A stretch of 7,908 nt of DNA from IMG/VR virus record IMGVR_UViG_2660238398_000003; one strand, given 5' to 3'. The notes beneath the pieces are model-generated. The model was not told the origin of the DNA, did no database searches, and was given only the letters and a program-made list of their open reading frames with translations. Numbering within the stretch: the first letter of the stretch is position 1; every line of letters starts with the position of its first letter. Origin of the DNA: a virus (lineage: Duplodnaviria > Heunggongvirae > Uroviricota > Caudoviricetes). This document shows positions 5,973-7,908 of the stretch, piece after piece. The position numbers and the translations under genes were made by a program.

Positions 5973-7499
5973 TCAAAAATAAATCTCACCATCAACCATA
6001 TATTTAAGAGTACTTATCGCCTGCTGGGCGGATATTACTTTCATTAAAGGATAGTGTTTAAAAACAATGCCATTCATAAAATAGATATCACAGGTTTTAT
6101 TATCTGTATTAATTATAATTTTTTCGAATATTTTATAGGCAAGTGTACGACATAGCTCTCGCCCATTTTTACTGGTTAAATCAATAGCATGAAAATCACC
6201 AAGTGAACTCACCCCTTTACTCTTCAAAGTTTTTAATGATACCGAAGCCCTTCGTAATTCCTTATCTAATAGTCTTATTTTCTCTGCTATAGCGGTAACT
6301 TCAGGCGCGACAGACAATGCAACGATTAAATTATTAATTTTCATCTGAAGCTCAATAATTTTTAACTCTAAAGTTTCATTAGCATCTTTCTTGTTTTCAA
6401 CTGGTTGAATTTTGCTACAATTAAAAAGCAATTCATTAATGATATTATAATCAACCAAATCTCTTTTTATTGATGGTCTGTCACATCGATGTAATCTTCT
6501 CATCGGACAAACATAATAGCCATGCAAACTTCCAGATACCGCATGAACAATCATGGTATTACCACAAGCCTCACACTTCATAACTGTTCGAAGTAGATTT
6601 ATTAGCATAGGATTCTTGCTACTATTGCTAATACCAAAAGGTGCCAACCGAATTTCCTGTACAGCGTAAAACAAATCATCTGATATGACTCTGGGATAAT
6701 AGCCAGCGATTTCACTTATCCCTTTCCCTCTTGCACGATATGAAGGTACGCATATACCTATCAGAGCTTTATTCGCTAATAATTTTTCAATTACAGAAGG
6801 TCCCCATGCACTTTCTTTTCCTGAGAAATTCTTTACAGCATGATCATTTAAATACTTGGCTATTGCATTCAATGAGCGCCTTTCCATCCTGAGTTTAAAA
6901 ATTAGCTCAATAGTTTTCACCCTGTCGGGGTCTGGAACAAAAGCCGTTCTTTTGTCATCCAATGAGAGCCATCTCGGACAAGAAGCCGTCATAATCGTGC
7001 CTGACTCCAGTGCATCCTGCCGTTTTTTCTTCCATGATAATTTAACCCGACTTGACTTTATCTCGCTTTCTTCATTTGCCCTTTGTGCTATAAGTATGGC
7101 TTTTATTAATGAATATGGCTCATTCAATGAGTCAATATTATAGACTGTATTATCGCAAAGAGTTATAACATCAATACCGTGATTCAAAATCAATTTCAGA
7201 CGCTCAATCGCTTCACCGACTTTTTCTCTTGAAAGTCTGTCCAGACTTTCAACTAACAATGTAGTCCCTGGCAATATATAACCATGTTCTATAGCATCTA
7301 AAAATTCCGAAAAAGCTCCTGATTGTGCATGCTTTCCATTGAATGCGCTTAACCCCAAATCTTCATACGTTACGGTATCAAGGTAATAATCACTATTTAC
7401 CTTTAGCCATTCAGTAATAAGCCTTCTCTGGCGGTTTAATGAATCACCAGACATCTGACCTGGTGATGAAAATCGCATATATGCTATGGCTTTTTTCAT
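5973..7499 (-). CDS. ybcK: Large serine recombinase (resolvase/invertase catalytic domain plus recombinase and zinc-ribbon domains), YbcK-like
   Basis: 508-aa ORF with N-terminal YMRFSSPGQ (catalytic-Ser motif) and LDRLSR, and a C-terminal Cys cluster (CEACGNT...YYVCPMRRLHRC). AGGTG RBS before the ATG at 7499. Visibly AT-rich compared with its neighbours. Confidence 0.9.
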   Translation of the reverse strand: MKKAIAYMRFSSPGQMSGDSLNRQRRLITEWLKVNSDYYLDTVTYEDLGLSAFNGKHAQSGAFSEFLDAIEHGYILPGTTLLVESLDRLSREKVGEAIERLKLILNHGIDVITLCDNTVYNIDSLNEPYSLIKAILIAQRANEESEIKSSRVKLSWKKKRQDALESGTIMTASCPRWLSLDDKRTAFVPDPDRVKTIELIFKLRMERRSLNAIAKYLNDHAVKNFSGKESAWGPSVIEKLLANKALIGICVPSYRARGKGISEIAGYYPRVISDDLFYAVQEIRLAPFGISNSSKNPMLINLLRTVMKCEACGNTMIVHAVSGSLHGYYVCPMRRLHRCDRPSIKRDLVDYNIINELLFNCSKIQPVENKKDANETLELKIIELQMKINNLIVALSVAPEVTAIAEKIRLLDKELRRASVSLKTLKSKGVSSLGDFHAIDLTSKNGRELCRTLAYKIFEKIIINTDNKTCDIYFMNGIVFKHYPLMKVISAQQAISTLKYMVDGEIYF

Positions 7500-7740
7500 G
7501 GTGACACCTGCTAAAGTATGCTTTTATAAACCTTAGTGGTGAGATATGATTTTTGTTTAATTTTTATTTAAAAAGACAATTAAGGTCACATTATCTTGAA
7601 TATACAACAATAATCGCATTGCAATTTTCTTACACCATAATCTTGAAAGCACAAAAGAATGAATAAAAACTAAAGACATTAACAAAAAGCATAAAACGAG
7701 GCCCATATAAATATACGAGCCTCCATATTTTAGTCGTTTA

Positions 7741-7763
7741 AAAACAAATTATTTTTAATGTGG
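7741..7763. repeat. Copy B of the 23-bp imperfect direct repeat; overlaps the emrE stop codon
   Basis: aaaa-c-aaattatttttaatg-t-gg; 15-bp exact core at 7746-7760; the emrE stop (7755-7757) lies inside it. Confidence 0.6.
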
Positions 7764-7908
7764 TGTGCTTCGTGACAATAAATTAATAACCAACACACCG
7801 GCACAAATCAACATCATGCCTATAATGGCTGGCAGGTCCAACCGTTGGCCGAAAAATCCCCATGATAGTAAGCTAATCAGGACAATACCGACTCCTGACC
7901 AGATAGCA
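7755..7908 (-). CDS. emrE: SMR-family multidrug efflux transporter EmrE, 3' end only (C-terminal 50 aa)
   Basis: Minus-strand translation ...[50 protein letters not shown] matches the EmrE C-terminus as I recall it. The gene continues beyond the window end. Confidence 0.85.
   Translation of the reverse strand, partial: AIWSGVGIVLISLLSWGFFGQRLDLPAIIGMMLICAGVLVINLLSRSTPH

Noticed and set aside
6856-7143. 95-aa plus-strand ORF inside the recombinase gene
   Set aside because: Antisense to the serine recombinase, which has clear catalytic and zinc-ribbon motifs on the minus strand.
5973-7499. IS element or transposase (for example IS5, which I recall interrupting K-12 nmpC)
   Set aside because: The 508-aa protein has serine-recombinase motifs, not DDE-transposase motifs, and there are no terminal inverted repeats. 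It is a ybcK-like recombinase.
1-7908. tRNA, rRNA or a prophage attachment site
   Set aside because: I recognised no tRNA-like cloverleaf sequence or rRNA segment, and the window lies in the interior of the prophage (lysis, nin and recombinase modules), not at an integration junction.

Overview
This window reads as part of a DLP12-type defective lambdoid prophage from an Escherichia-like enterobacterium, in reverse orientation relative to the usual K-12 map. All gene names are assigned from my recollection of the protein families; no database search was possible. Left to right: the first codons of a SAR-endolysin gene (rrrD-like, minus strand), a phage-21-type pinholin (essD-like, minus), an AT-rich regulatory region, an OmpC/NmpC-family porin gene (plus), then a minus-strand nin-region operon (quuD, ylcG-like, rusA, ybcO, ninE, ybcN, ylcH-like), a plus-strand alpha/beta-hydrolase cargo gene, a large serine recombinase (ybcK-like, minus) and the 3' end of emrE (minus). 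Three things stand out. (1) Six short exact duplications (19-33 bp) are packed into 383-2430 and break both the porin and the Q antiterminator reading frames. (2) The hydrolase cargo gene sits where K-12, as I recall, has ybcL/ybcM, and its apparent lipoprotein signal peptide is cut off by a stop at codon 2. (3) The serine recombinase gene is bracketed by a 23-bp imperfect direct repeat. I see no rRNA, tRNA, CRISPR array or IS element, and I cannot identify a complete novel multi-gene system with confidence; the hydrolase/recombinase module is the best candidate for something uncharacterised.
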